A stretch of DNA of 55,738 bases from an uncultured Dehalococcoidia bacterium (GTDB lineage: Bacteria; Chloroflexota; Dehalococcoidia; SZUA-161). Both the position numbers and the translations under genes were made by a program. Positions 1 to 8,589 of the stretch are shown here, in pieces; position 1 is the first letter of the stretch, and the number at the start of each line of letters is the position of its first letter. The DNA is taken from NCBI GenBank assembly GCA_964524995.1, contig CAZGDV010000004.1, forward strand, positions 1 to 55,738, given 5' to 3'. The notes under the pieces were generated by a model. The model was not told where the DNA came from and did no database searches. It saw only the letters and a program-made list of their open reading frames with translations.

Positions 1-1364
1 GGGCTGTGGCCCCTCATCACCACTTCCTTCAGGATCGTGTTTCCCATGTTGGCGCCGACAACCGTCCTGATGTGGGACGCGACCTCCACCGGGTCCAGCC
101 CCAGGGTTCCGGCGATGCTCTCCATGGACTTCAGGGCCTTGTCCCTGGAGAGCTTCATTTTGCCGCCGAGGAAATAGTCGGGGTTGATGTAGCCAAGCAC
201 GACGTCGGCGTCCGTGACCGTCGGCTCGGTCCCTCCGAGGTCGTAGCAGGCTGGCCCAGGATTCGAACCTGCGCTCTTCGGCCCGACCTCCAACTTGTTG
301 CCCATCAACTCGTTGAGCCAGGCGATCGATCCCCCGCCCGCCCCGATGGTGTTGACTTCAACCATCGACGTCTCCGTCGCCCACCGGTCGATGACGGGCC
401 ACTCCTGGTAGGTGCGGCAGGCCCCGTCCACGATGACGCCGTAGTCGAAGCTGGTCCCACCCATGTCAGTTACCAGAACATTCGGGAATCCGTATAGCTT
501 GCTTATCCAGTTGGCACCGAGGAGTCCCGCAATCGGCCCCGCGCCGAACGTGTCAACAGCCCTTGTCCGTGATAGCTTGGCCACGCCTCCAACGTTGTTG
601 ATGATGCTGAGCGGCTTCTTGTAGCCATAGTCGCGGAGCTCTTCACCCAACGCGGAGAGCTGTTCGGTCATCTCGGTATGCAGATAGGCAGACAGGATTG
701 TCACGTTGGTGCGGGGGTATTCGTGCCACTTGGGCTGGACCTCACTGGAGAGCAAGATGGGCATGTTGCCGAGGTAGCGATCCGGGTACTCCTCCTGGAT
801 CACCTCCCGCACAAGCCGCTCGTGCTCCGGGTTCAAAAAGGACCACAACAGGGACACGACGAACCCCCTGGCCCCCCTGTCCACCAGCGTCTGTATCTTC
901 TGGCGGACCTCTTCCCTCTGCAGCGGTATCGCCACATTGCCGAAGCAGTCTATCCTCTCTCGGACGCCGACGGTCATGTCGTGTGTGATAAGGGGTTCCG
1001 GTTTCCTGGCCAGATACATGTAGCGGCGCTCTCTCGGATGCAGTCCGTCGGCCCAGGACCGTGATCTGCCGACGAGCAGCATGTGCTCCTGACCGGCGGT
1101 GGTGATCAGCCCGAGCTTGGGGCCGGTGCGCTGTATCAGGGTGTTCATCGCGAGTGTCGTGGAGTAGCGGATTACGGACGTCTTCTGCAGTATGTCGGGC
1201 AAGGGCATATCGAGCTGCCGGGCCGCATCCTCGACCGCCTTTCGGAATCCGACGCTCAGATTGTAGCCTGTGGTCGGCGACTTGGATCTGGCGATCCTAT
1301 CGCCATACACCACGAGGCAATCGGTGAAGGTCCCGCCTACGTCTATGTCTATGGTCGCTTCCAT
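1..1364 (-). CDS. Hydantoinase A/oxoprolinase-family protein, acetophenone carboxylase ApcC-like subunit (3' end runs off the window)
   Basis: Not in the ORF track; translated by hand from ATG at 1364 after a GAAGGAG RBS: MEATIDIDVGGTFTD...RYSTTLAMNTLIQRTGPKLGLITT...GAGPIAGLLGA...TDMGGTSFDYG. These are hydantoinase A/ASKHA motifs; no stop before position 1. Confidence 0.9.
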   Translation of the reverse strand, partial: MEATIDIDVGGTFTDCLVVYGDRIARSKSPTTGYNLSVGFRKAVEDAARQLDMPLPDILQKTSVIRYSTTLAMNTLIQRTGPKLGLITTAGQEHMLLVGRSRSWADGLHPRERRYMYLARKPEPLITHDMTVGVRERIDCFGNVAIPLQREEVRQKIQTLVDRGARGFVVSLLWSFLNPEHERLVREVIQEEYPDRYLGNMPILLSSEVQPKWHEYPRTNVTILSAYLHTEMTEQLSALGEELRDYGYKKPLSIINNVGGVAKLSRTRAVDTFGAGPIAGLLGANWISKLYGFPNVLVTDMGGTSFDYGVIVDGACRTYQEWPVIDRWATETSMVEVNTIGAGGGSIAWLNELMGNKLEVGPKSAGSNPGPACYDLGGTEPTVTDADVVLGYINPDYFLGGKMKLSRDKALKSMESIAGTLGLDPVEVASHIRTVVGANMGNTILKEVVMRGHS

Positions 1365-1387
1365 GGACTCCTTCGGCCTGCGTGGCT

Positions 1388-1735
1388 CTAGGCACCCGAA
1401 CCATGCCTGGCCTTGAGCGCATCAACGTCGAGTTCGATATCGTGTGTCGGTGGGTGCCCCGGCGGCAGGTACTCGACCTCCATCATGGCAGCGCAGCCCG
1501 GGCAGTAGAACTCCAGAATCCTGCACCACTCGGGGTCAGGGCTGCACGTGTGCCCGAACTGACTGGACTCAGGATCGATATACGGCCTGTGAATCTCGCG
1601 AGGGGCCCGATCATACACCAGGGTGAACTGCTTGTAGCTCTCTCGAGCGGGTCCCAACTCCATGCCACACCTGTTGCAGCACCACAGCTCCTTGTCGAGA
1701 TCGATGTCCAGATACTCCGTTATCCTAACCTTCAC
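1388..1735 (-). CDS. apcB: Acetone/acetophenone carboxylase small Cys-rich subunit (ApcB/AcxC family)
   Basis: 115 aa: RITEYLDIDL..W.CxxC..L..ARESYK ... RILEFYCPGC..E.EYLPPGHP.T.DIE.D.D.LKAR, with two CxxC pairs; lies between two hydantoinase A-like genes. Confidence 0.88.
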   Translation of the reverse strand: MKVRITEYLDIDLDKELWCCNRCGMELGPARESYKQFTLVYDRAPREIHRPYIDPESSQFGHTCSPDPEWCRILEFYCPGCAAMMEVEYLPPGHPPTHDIELDVDALKARHGSGA

Positions 1736-3791
1736 GGCGGTCAGCCTCCAGCAGCCCGTTCAGGTACTTGTCCACAGTGTACGTCCAGCCCTTCGGAATA
1801 AGGTAAGTCGTGTCGGGCGCTTCCACGATCGCGGGGCCCTCTATCCGGTTGCCGCATTGCAGCAGCCCGCGTTCATATATGTCCGTAGGCAGGAAGCCGT
1901 TCCCCCAGAAGACATCCCTCACGCCCTTCTTCGCCTTGCCGGGATCGACGCCCTGAGGGGAATAGGACGGCAACTGATAATGGGGAATAGGGCATTCCGC
2001 CTTGAGAATGAGGCGCTCGATCACCAGCTCTCCGGAGTCAACGCCAGCCTCTGAGGAGTACAGACCAGCCAGCCGGCGTGACTCGTCTTCCTGCTCGAGA
2101 TATACCAACGGGGACTCGATCCAGCAGAAGCCACCCGCGCCATCTACACCCAACTCGATCGTCAACCTGAGCATGTCCAGCGCGAGACCTTCTCCGCGCA
2201 TGTCCCTCTTGGCACCAGCCACCATATCACAGACAACCCTGTTGAACTCCTTCCATTCCCCCGCCAGATGAGCCCCGGAGCCCGATCTCAAAGTTATGCG
2301 CGCGGACCGCTCATACAGATGGAGAATGTCCATAGTGGATGCACCGAAGGCACTCGCAACGGCGTTGTAGCCGAACACTACCACCTTTGAGATGCCGAGC
2401 CGCGATGCGTACCCGCAGCAACGAAGCCCGCCACCACCGCCAAATGCGAAAAGAGTGAGACTCTCGGGCTCCAGCCCTTTCGCCTCCAGATGCTCCCGTA
2501 TCTGACGGGCCACGTCCTCCTCCGTGGTCTGCACAACCGACCAGGCGGCCTCCTCCGCACTCACACCGAGGCTACCGGCAATCATGCTCGATATGGCACC
2601 ATGCGCCTTGTCCCTCATTACCTTCTTCCTGCCCCCTAGGAAGTAGGCCTCGTCGACAAATCCCAACACCAAATCAGCGTCCGTCACAGTCGGCTCAACC
2701 CCCCCCAAGTCGTAGCATACAGGTCCGGGCAGTGCGCCAGCGCTGTCCGGACCCACCTGGACCTTGTTGGACGCGAAGTCCACCCTCGCGATCGACCCGC
2801 CGCCGCCCGCCGCCGTTCCCAGCATCACCATGGGGAGCCCAATGCGTATGCCCTCAACCAGCGGCTCCCTGTCCGCTGTGACCCCACCGCCAATTCCCAC
2901 CCCTATGTCGACGCTCGTGCCCCCCACATCCACGGACACGAAGTCATCAATCCCATAGAGCTCCTTCGCGGTCTTGCAGCAGCCAATGAGCCCCGCTGCC
3001 GGTCCGGAGTTGTACGTATTGAGCGCTGTTGTCTTCGCCACGCGCGCCGCTCCCCCGCTGGAGTGCGCCACCAGCAGAGGCTTCCGGTACCCACGTTGAC
3101 GGAGCATCTCGTCGGCACGGTACAGATAGCGCACCATGTCCCGATGGATATATGCATTAAGGATGGCCGTATTCGCGCGCACATGGTCGTCTCTGTGGGC
3201 TGTGACTGCGCTTGCCGTTAGCACCGGGACCGACCCGAGGTAGTGGCGCGGATACTCGGCGTCGATCAATTGCCTGGCCTCCTCCTCATGGACCGGATTC
3301 GCAGCCGAATTGCGAAGCGCTACCACAATGCTGAGGGCCCCTGAATCAAGCAATTGTTCCACCGCGAGTCGCAGCGCCTCCTTGTCGAGAGCGCGAACAG
3401 GTTTCCCCTCCTCGCTCATTTCCTCGTCGGCCTCCGCTCTCATGCCGGGCAACACAACAGCCGAAAGCGTCTCGGCCGTGTGGGGGTCGTCCGCCGAAGC
3501 ATACAGACTCTCGGCATAACCTCGCGTAGTAATGAGGCCCAGCTTGGGACCGCGGTGTTGCAGAAGGCAGTTCGTGCCTATAGTCGTAGAGTACCTGAGG
3601 ATGGAGGTCTGAGAGAGCAACTCCTCAACAGTCAGGCCCAGTCTCTTGGCAGCTTCCTCTATGCAATCGAGGAAACACACCGTCAGGTCGTGAGGCGTCG
3701 TATCGACTTTGACCAGCTCCACGCGGTCACCGGCAGTCAGAAATCCATCGGTGAAGGAGCCACCGGTATCGATGTCCAGCGTGATGTCCAT
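1725..3791 (-). CDS. Hydantoinase A/oxoprolinase-family protein, acetophenone carboxylase ApcA-like subunit
   Basis: 688 aa; DIDTGGSFTD, KVDTTPHDL, YSTTIGTN, SGPAAG, VDVGGTS and AGGGGS motifs; overlaps the small-subunit gene by 11 nt. Confidence 0.9.
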   Translation of the reverse strand: MDITLDIDTGGSFTDGFLTAGDRVELVKVDTTPHDLTVCFLDCIEEAAKRLGLTVEELLSQTSILRYSTTIGTNCLLQHRGPKLGLITTRGYAESLYASADDPHTAETLSAVVLPGMRAEADEEMSEEGKPVRALDKEALRLAVEQLLDSGALSIVVALRNSAANPVHEEEARQLIDAEYPRHYLGSVPVLTASAVTAHRDDHVRANTAILNAYIHRDMVRYLYRADEMLRQRGYRKPLLVAHSSGGAARVAKTTALNTYNSGPAAGLIGCCKTAKELYGIDDFVSVDVGGTSVDIGVGIGGGVTADREPLVEGIRIGLPMVMLGTAAGGGGSIARVDFASNKVQVGPDSAGALPGPVCYDLGGVEPTVTDADLVLGFVDEAYFLGGRKKVMRDKAHGAISSMIAGSLGVSAEEAAWSVVQTTEEDVARQIREHLEAKGLEPESLTLFAFGGGGGLRCCGYASRLGISKVVVFGYNAVASAFGASTMDILHLYERSARITLRSGSGAHLAGEWKEFNRVVCDMVAGAKRDMRGEGLALDMLRLTIELGVDGAGGFCWIESPLVYLEQEDESRRLAGLYSSEAGVDSGELVIERLILKAECPIPHYQLPSYSPQGVDPGKAKKGVRDVFWGNGFLPTDIYERGLLQCGNRIEGPAIVEAPDTTYLIPKGWTYTVDKYLNGLLEADRREG

Positions 3792-3840
3792 AAGAATCGC
3801 CCCAACTCAAGCCGGCATCATCCAGCTTCGAGTCGCAAGC

Positions 3841-3870
3841 ATTTTATCGCTGCTGCTGAACTATTGTCAA
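3841..3870 (-). promoter_or_regulatory. sigma70-type promoter of the apc-like operon
   Basis: Minus strand TTGACA (3870-3865), 18 nt spacer, TAAAAT (3846-3841); about 50 nt upstream of the ATG at 3791. Confidence 0.7.
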
Positions 3871-3914
3871 CTTACACCAGGGGTATGTCCCATTCAGCGG
3901 AGGGTCGGCCTTCA

Positions 3915-3943
3915 TTGACAGCTTGTACTGTGCTGATTAGAAT
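3915..3943 (+). promoter_or_regulatory. sigma70-type promoter of tRNA-Lys
   Basis: TTGACA (3915-3920), 17 nt spacer, TAGAAT (3938-3943); 11 nt before the tRNA. Confidence 0.85.
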
Positions 3944-3954
3944 CGACTGCGCAC

Positions 3955-4026
3955 GGGCCGTTAGCTCAGTGGTAGAGCACCTGACTTTTAATCAGGGTGT
4001 CCCGGGTTCGAACCCCGGACGGCTCA
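3955..4026 (+). tRNA. trnK: tRNA-Lys (anticodon UUU), CCA not encoded
   Basis: Cloverleaf folded by hand: acceptor GGGCCGT/ACGGCTC, D arm GCTC-AGTGGTA-GAGC, anticodon arm CCTGA-CTTTTAA-TCAGG, T arm CCGGG-TTCGAAC-CCCGG, discriminator A. Confidence 0.97.
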
Positions 4027-4189
4027 GGGAAATCGTGCAACCGCATCTGATATTCCTCCACTGCCTGCCTTCCGACCTGGCATTGCCCAAGGCGGCATGC
4101 GGTTGTTTCGACCCATTCCCCTGACCCCAGTACGATTCTACTAGCCCCAATCACCTTAATCGGTCATTGCTTACCCTGTAAGGTGATGC

Positions 4190-4260
4190 TACTGTGAATC
4201 ATGTGATATGTCATATTCCATAGAATATTCTCTACGATATAAAACGTGACGATACAGTTT
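4190..4260. promoter_or_regulatory. AT-rich upstream region of the pilin gene with palindromes
   Basis: Locally AT-rich; ATATG-T-CATAT (4206-4216), perfect palindrome AGAATATTCT (4222-4231), -10-like TAGAAT (4221) and TATAAA (4238); no clean -35 found. Confidence 0.45.
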
Positions 4261-4425
4261 GCGCCTGTCTTCTGCGCAGGGACATCCAGCCATGAGGGAG
4301 GTGTCAACTGGTATTGAATACGGAGACTCCTGAGAACCCGAGCGAACCCTCTTTTCAGGAGGCTTCGAACTCATTGGCCGGATTACTCACAAAGAAAGAG
4401 AGGAACTCACGACATGGAGAGGAGC

Positions 4426-4821
4426 ATGCGAAGACAACGTGGTTTCACACTCATCGAACTGCTCATAACACTGGGGATCCTCGCGTTACTGGCTGGTATC
4501 GCAGTGCCGGTAGTCACGCATCTCAGGGGAGGCGGTGAAACGGACGCAGCCGCTGCCGAGCTGTCGAATGTTCAGGCGGCAGTCGACGCCTTGATGGCGG
4601 ACCAGGACCTGGCCTCACTCGACAATCCCGTCACGACAGCCACCAACAACATGAGCAAGTTCCCTGACTGGGAGAACGATACCAACGGTGGTTACGTACT
4701 GCGCCCCGCGACAACATATAAGAACTCCGACACCGACAAGTTTATCAGACAGTCGACGACAAAGGGGACTTACACGTGCGCAGCCGACGGAACGGTCACT
4801 CAAGCGACTACCGGGTATTAG
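4426..4821 (+). CDS. Type IV major pilin (class III signal peptide)
   Basis: RRQRG|FTLIELLITLGILALLAGIAVP prepilin cleavage/methylation motif (F+1, E+5); 131 aa; alternative ATG at 4414. Confidence 0.93.
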   Translation: MRRQRGFTLIELLITLGILALLAGIAVPVVTHLRGGGETDAAAAELSNVQAAVDALMADQDLASLDNPVTTATNNMSKFPDWENDTNGGYVLRPATTYKNSDTDKFIRQSTTKGTYTCAADGTVTQATTGY

Positions 4822-4924
4822 CCCGTGCCCATTGGTAACTTGCCTGCTGGCCGAACCTGCGACCGACCCGCCCGGTCGACAACGGGAATGCTGGGCTCCC
4901 GGCAGCAATGGAATGTGCTCATCA

Positions 4925-4994
4925 GCCATCATGGCTCATACTGGGGGCATCGCACACAAGGTCTGCCTGCAGCCGAGTACGAAGCCATGATGGC
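4925..4994. repeat. 12-bp perfect inverted repeat in the pilin-kinase intergenic region
   Basis: GCCATCATGGCT (4925-4936) and AGCCATGATGGC (4983-4994); each arm contains the palindrome GCCATnATGGC. Confidence 0.7.
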
Positions 4995-5050
4995 ATCAAC
5001 CGAGTGTTCCAATCATGCGCACCTTGCAGGCGGTTCTCCAAGGAGGCTCC

Positions 5051-8000
5051 GTGGCCAAGCCAAAAGCAGATCTACTAATCGTTGACGACGAGGAATCAAT
5101 CAGGGAAGTACTCGCGCGCAGGCTGAAGGACGAAGGCTACGCCTGCTGGACAGCATCGGATGGCGCGGAAGCCCTCGCGACTGCGTCGAAGCACGATTTC
5201 GACCTCGTGTTGACGGACATCAAGATGCCCGGCCTGTCGGGTATGGACGTCCTGACGCAGCTTGCCGCCATCAGCCCCGACACCGGGGTAGTCATGGTCT
5301 CCGCCATGGCCGACGCGCAGACTGCCATCGAAGCAATGAAGCTGGGGGCCTACGACTACGTCACCAAGCCATTCGACCTCGATGCTCTAAGAATACGGAT
5401 AGACAACGCACTCGAGAAGCGACGGCTGATTCTGGAGAACCGCGAGTACCGGCTGCGCGAAGCCCAGCAGGCGTTGGAGACCCAGGAGAAGTACTTCAAG
5501 TCCCTCATCGAGAACTCACAGGACGCCATCGTTGTCCTGAACAGCGACGGAAGCGTTCGCTACGAGAGCCCTTATGTAGGGCGAGTGTTGGGCAGAAAGA
5601 CATCGGAACGGGCCGGAGAAAGTGGGTTCAAATACATTCACCCGGACGACTCCCCCGGAGTTGCCGCCGCATTCGAGAGGATCCTGAAGAATCCCAACGA
5701 GACCGCCCGTCTCGAGTTCCGTCTACAAGACAGCAGCGGCTCTTGGCATCACTTCGAAGCGATAGGCCGCAATCTCCTGGAGGACCCTGCTGTTAGAGGT
5801 GTAGTCGCCAACCTCCGCGACACGACCGAGCGCAAGCTCATGGAGACTGCCCTGCGCGAGTCCCAGCAGGAATACGAGGTGCTGCTCAGCAACATCCCCG
5901 ATGCCGTTTTCAGATACATGGACGGCCGGATGACATGGACCAACGAGATGATTGAACAAATCCTCGGATACACACCGGATGAGCTCTCCAGCACCGGCGT
6001 GGGCTTCTTCCTCCCCGAGGATGTTGATCTGCGTGGCATCGAGACAAACGTCAACAAGATCATCAAAAAAGAAGGGCATTTCCACGGCGAGATAAGGGCC
6101 AAGAGAAAAGATGGCAGCGTTGCCGACATAGAGTACTCAGCGTCTCACATCCCTGGGAAGACCCCCATCGAAATAGTCGGTGTGGCCCGCGACATCACTG
6201 AACAGAAGAAGGCGCGCCAGGCATTGCTCGAATCTGAGCGGCGTCTGCAGACCATACTCGATTCCGTACACTCCGGGGTCGTACTGATCGATGCCGAGAC
6301 GCATGTAGTCGTTGACGCGAACCCAACGGCGCTGGAGTTGTTCGAAGCCTCCAGAGATGAGATTGTCGGGCAGAGGTGCTACGAGTCCATTTGTCCAGCC
6401 CAAGAGGGTAAATGTCCTATCACCGATCTTGGCGAGACGATACGCGACTCGGAGCAGGTCCTCGCGAGACGCGATGGAACCACACTCCAGATTCTGAGAA
6501 CAGTGACTACCATTGACCTGAGTGGTCGCCAATACCTCATCCACACCTTCGTCGACATCAGCGAACGCAAGGAGGCTGAAAAGTCTCTGAACCGACAGGA
6601 GCGCTATTTCCGGGCGCTGACCGAGAACTCGTCCGACGTCATTACGGTCATCAATGCCGATGGTACTGTTCGCTATGAGAGCCCATCCTATCAACGTGTG
6701 TTCGGTGTCAAGCCCGAAGAGCGCGTCAATGAGGGCTTGCTCGAACGAATCCATCCAGACGACATGGACGCGATGACGAAGGCCTTCGCCCGTTTCATTC
6801 GAGGCAGGAAGAAGACCCTGCGTGTGGAGACACGAGCGAGGCACGCGGATGGGTCATGGCGTTGGATCGAAGCCGTCGGGACCAACCTTCTCAAAGACCC
6901 GGCGGTCGAAGGCATAGTGGTGAACATGCGTGACATCACCGAGCGAAAGGAAGCCGAAGAGGCGCTCAGGCAAAGTGAGGAGAAGTTGCGCCTGATGTTC
7001 GAAGCCGTCGCTGATGGGATCGCGGTAGTTGACTTGAATGGTGTCATTACCGACTGCAATACAAGGACCGTGGAGCTACACGGCTACGGATCCAAGAATG
7101 ACCTGATAGGCAAGTCGGCCTTCGACCTCATTATCTCCCCTGAACAGCTGGAAGCGATGAGGGACATGGACAGGTTGCTCAACAGGGGGGTCATTGACAG
7201 ACTGGAGCACACCTACACGAGAGTCGACGGCACACAGTTCGAAGCCGAGTCTAGCGCGAGCGTTATGAGAGACGCCAACGGCAATCCAACCGGCTTCATC
7301 GGAGTCACTAGGGACATCAGCGAACGCAAGCGAACCGAACTCGATAAGGAGAGGCTGAACAGGGAACTCACCGAGAAGAACGCCGAACTCGAACAGATCG
7401 TCTACGTCACATCGCATGACCTGCGCTCACCATTGGTGAACATACAGGGCTTCAGCAAGGAGCTGGGCTTCCTTTTTGGCGAGTTGGCGTCCGTCCTGGA
7501 GGATACGGGCATGGACCGTGAGGATCGTGATGATGCTCTTGCGAACCTGAACAGAGAGACATCAGATGCACTCCACTTCATCGAGACAAGTACCTCGAAG
7601 ATGGATACCCTGCTCTCCGGCCTGCTGCGGCTCTCACGGTTGGGCCGCGCCGCACTGAATTTCGAGACTCTGGACATGAACGCAATGCTCTCTGACGTTG
7701 AGAAGTCGCTGCAATACAGAATCAATGAGGCACAGGCGCAAGTTGAGATAGACAGCCTGCCGCCATGCACCGGCGACGCTGTTCAGGTGAATCAGGTTTT
7801 CTCAAACCTCCTCGACAATGCTTTGAAGTACCTCGACCCAGCCAGGAAGGGTGTCATCAAGGTAACAGGGTGGACAGAGGGGGAGCAGTCCGTCTACGCG
7901 GTGGAGGACAACGGCGTTGGCATTGCCGAGGAGCACCAGACCAAGGTATTCGAGGTATTCCAGAGGATAAACCCGGACATGAGCGAGGGAGAAGGCCTCG

Positions 8001-8137
8001 GGCTTGCAGTGGTGAAGAAGATTCTCGGCAGGCACGGCGGCAGCATCCGAGTCGAGTCCAAACCAAGCATTGGAAGCAAGTTCTTCGTATCGCTACCAGC
8101 TTCCCCCTCAGATACAACGGCGAAGGAGAGAGGATGA
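5051..8137 (+). CDS. Hybrid sensor kinase HK1: N-terminal receiver, 5 PAS, HisKA, HATPase
   Basis: GTG 5051 after AGGAGG; REC (LIVDDE..TDIKMPG..TKPF), five PAS/PAC units, H-box SHDLRSPL, NLLDNALKY, DNGVGI, GLGL; no TM helix seen. Confidence 0.93.
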   Translation: MAKPKADLLIVDDEESIREVLARRLKDEGYACWTASDGAEALATASKHDFDLVLTDIKMPGLSGMDVLTQLAAISPDTGVVMVSAMADAQTAIEAMKLGAYDYVTKPFDLDALRIRIDNALEKRRLILENREYRLREAQQALETQEKYFKSLIENSQDAIVVLNSDGSVRYESPYVGRVLGRKTSERAGESGFKYIHPDDSPGVAAAFERILKNPNETARLEFRLQDSSGSWHHFEAIGRNLLEDPAVRGVVANLRDTTERKLMETALRESQQEYEVLLSNIPDAVFRYMDGRMTWTNEMIEQILGYTPDELSSTGVGFFLPEDVDLRGIETNVNKIIKKEGHFHGEIRAKRKDGSVADIEYSASHIPGKTPIEIVGVARDITEQKKARQALLESERRLQTILDSVHSGVVLIDAETHVVVDANPTALELFEASRDEIVGQRCYESICPAQEGKCPITDLGETIRDSEQVLARRDGTTLQILRTVTTIDLSGRQYLIHTFVDISERKEAEKSLNRQERYFRALTENSSDVITVINADGTVRYESPSYQRVFGVKPEERVNEGLLERIHPDDMDAMTKAFARFIRGRKKTLRVETRARHADGSWRWIEAVGTNLLKDPAVEGIVVNMRDITERKEAEEALRQSEEKLRLMFEAVADGIAVVDLNGVITDCNTRTVELHGYGSKNDLIGKSAFDLIISPEQLEAMRDMDRLLNRGVIDRLEHTYTRVDGTQFEAESSASVMRDANGNPTGFIGVTRDISERKRTELDKERLNRELTEKNAELEQIVYVTSHDLRSPLVNIQGFSKELGFLFGELASVLEDTGMDREDRDDALANLNRETSDALHFIETSTSKMDTLLSGLLRLSRLGRAALNFETLDMNAMLSDVEKSLQYRINEAQAQVEIDSLPPCTGDAVQVNQVFSNLLDNALKYLDPARKGVIKVTGWTEGEQSVYAVEDNGVGIAEEHQTKVFEVFQRINPDMSEGEGLGLAVVKKILGRHGGSIRVESKPSIGSKFFVSLPASPSDTTAKERG

Positions 8138-8589
8138 AGAAAGAGATGACCATACTCATAGCAGAGGACGACATCGGCCATGCCTCCCTCATCATGAAGA
8201 ACCTGAGGCGGGCGGGCATAACCAACGAGATATTGCACTTCCAGGATGGCCAACAGATACTCGACTACCTGTTCGGCAAGGGTGGTCAGACGCCCTTCGC
8301 CAATGGTGTGCCGTACCTTCTCCTGCTCGACATACGTATGCCGAAGATGGACGGAGTGGAGGTACTGAGCCAAATCAAGGCCCACCCACAACTCAAGACA
8401 ATGCCGGTGATCATGCTGACCACGACGGATGACCCGAGGGAGGTAGAGCGATGCTACAAGCTGGGATGCAGCAGCTACGTTGCCAAGCCCATCGACTATG
8501 ACAAGTTCACCGAAGCCATTCGGCAGCTCGGTTTGTTCCTAATGGTCGTGGAGGTGCCAACGATCGATGAAAGCTCCAGAGTCAATTGA
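8134..8589 (+). CDS. Single-domain response regulator (Rcp1/CheY-like)
   Basis: ATGA overlap with HK1; [39 protein letters not shown] motifs. Confidence 0.92.
   Translation: MKKEMTILIAEDDIGHASLIMKNLRRAGITNEILHFQDGQQILDYLFGKGGQTPFANGVPYLLLLDIRMPKMDGVEVLSQIKAHPQLKTMPVIMLTTTDDPREVERCYKLGCSSYVAKPIDYDKFTEAIRQLGLFLMVVEVPTIDESSRVN

Noticed and set aside
3955-4026. tRNA-Lys as the integration site of a genomic island carrying the pilus and glycan genes
   Set aside because: No integrase, recombinase or transposase in the window, and I found no duplicated tRNA 3' end; the far border could lie outside the window, so this is unsupported rather than excluded.
4038-4105. 9-bp inverted repeat CAACCGCAT/ATGCGGTTG after the tRNA as an intrinsic terminator
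   Set aside because: The 50-nt loop and a 3-nt T run do not fit a Rho-independent terminator.
4104-4190. Possible fourth copy of the repeat-array promoter (TTAATCGG at 4156)
   Set aside because: Only one unit matches; the upstream four units and the -10 at offset 78 are absent.
7381-8589. Phytochrome/light sensing (Cph1-Rcp1-like H-box and receiver) or LOV domains
   Set aside because: HK1 has no GAF-PHY photosensory core or bilin-binding Cys, and no GxNCRFLQ motif occurs in any PAS domain.
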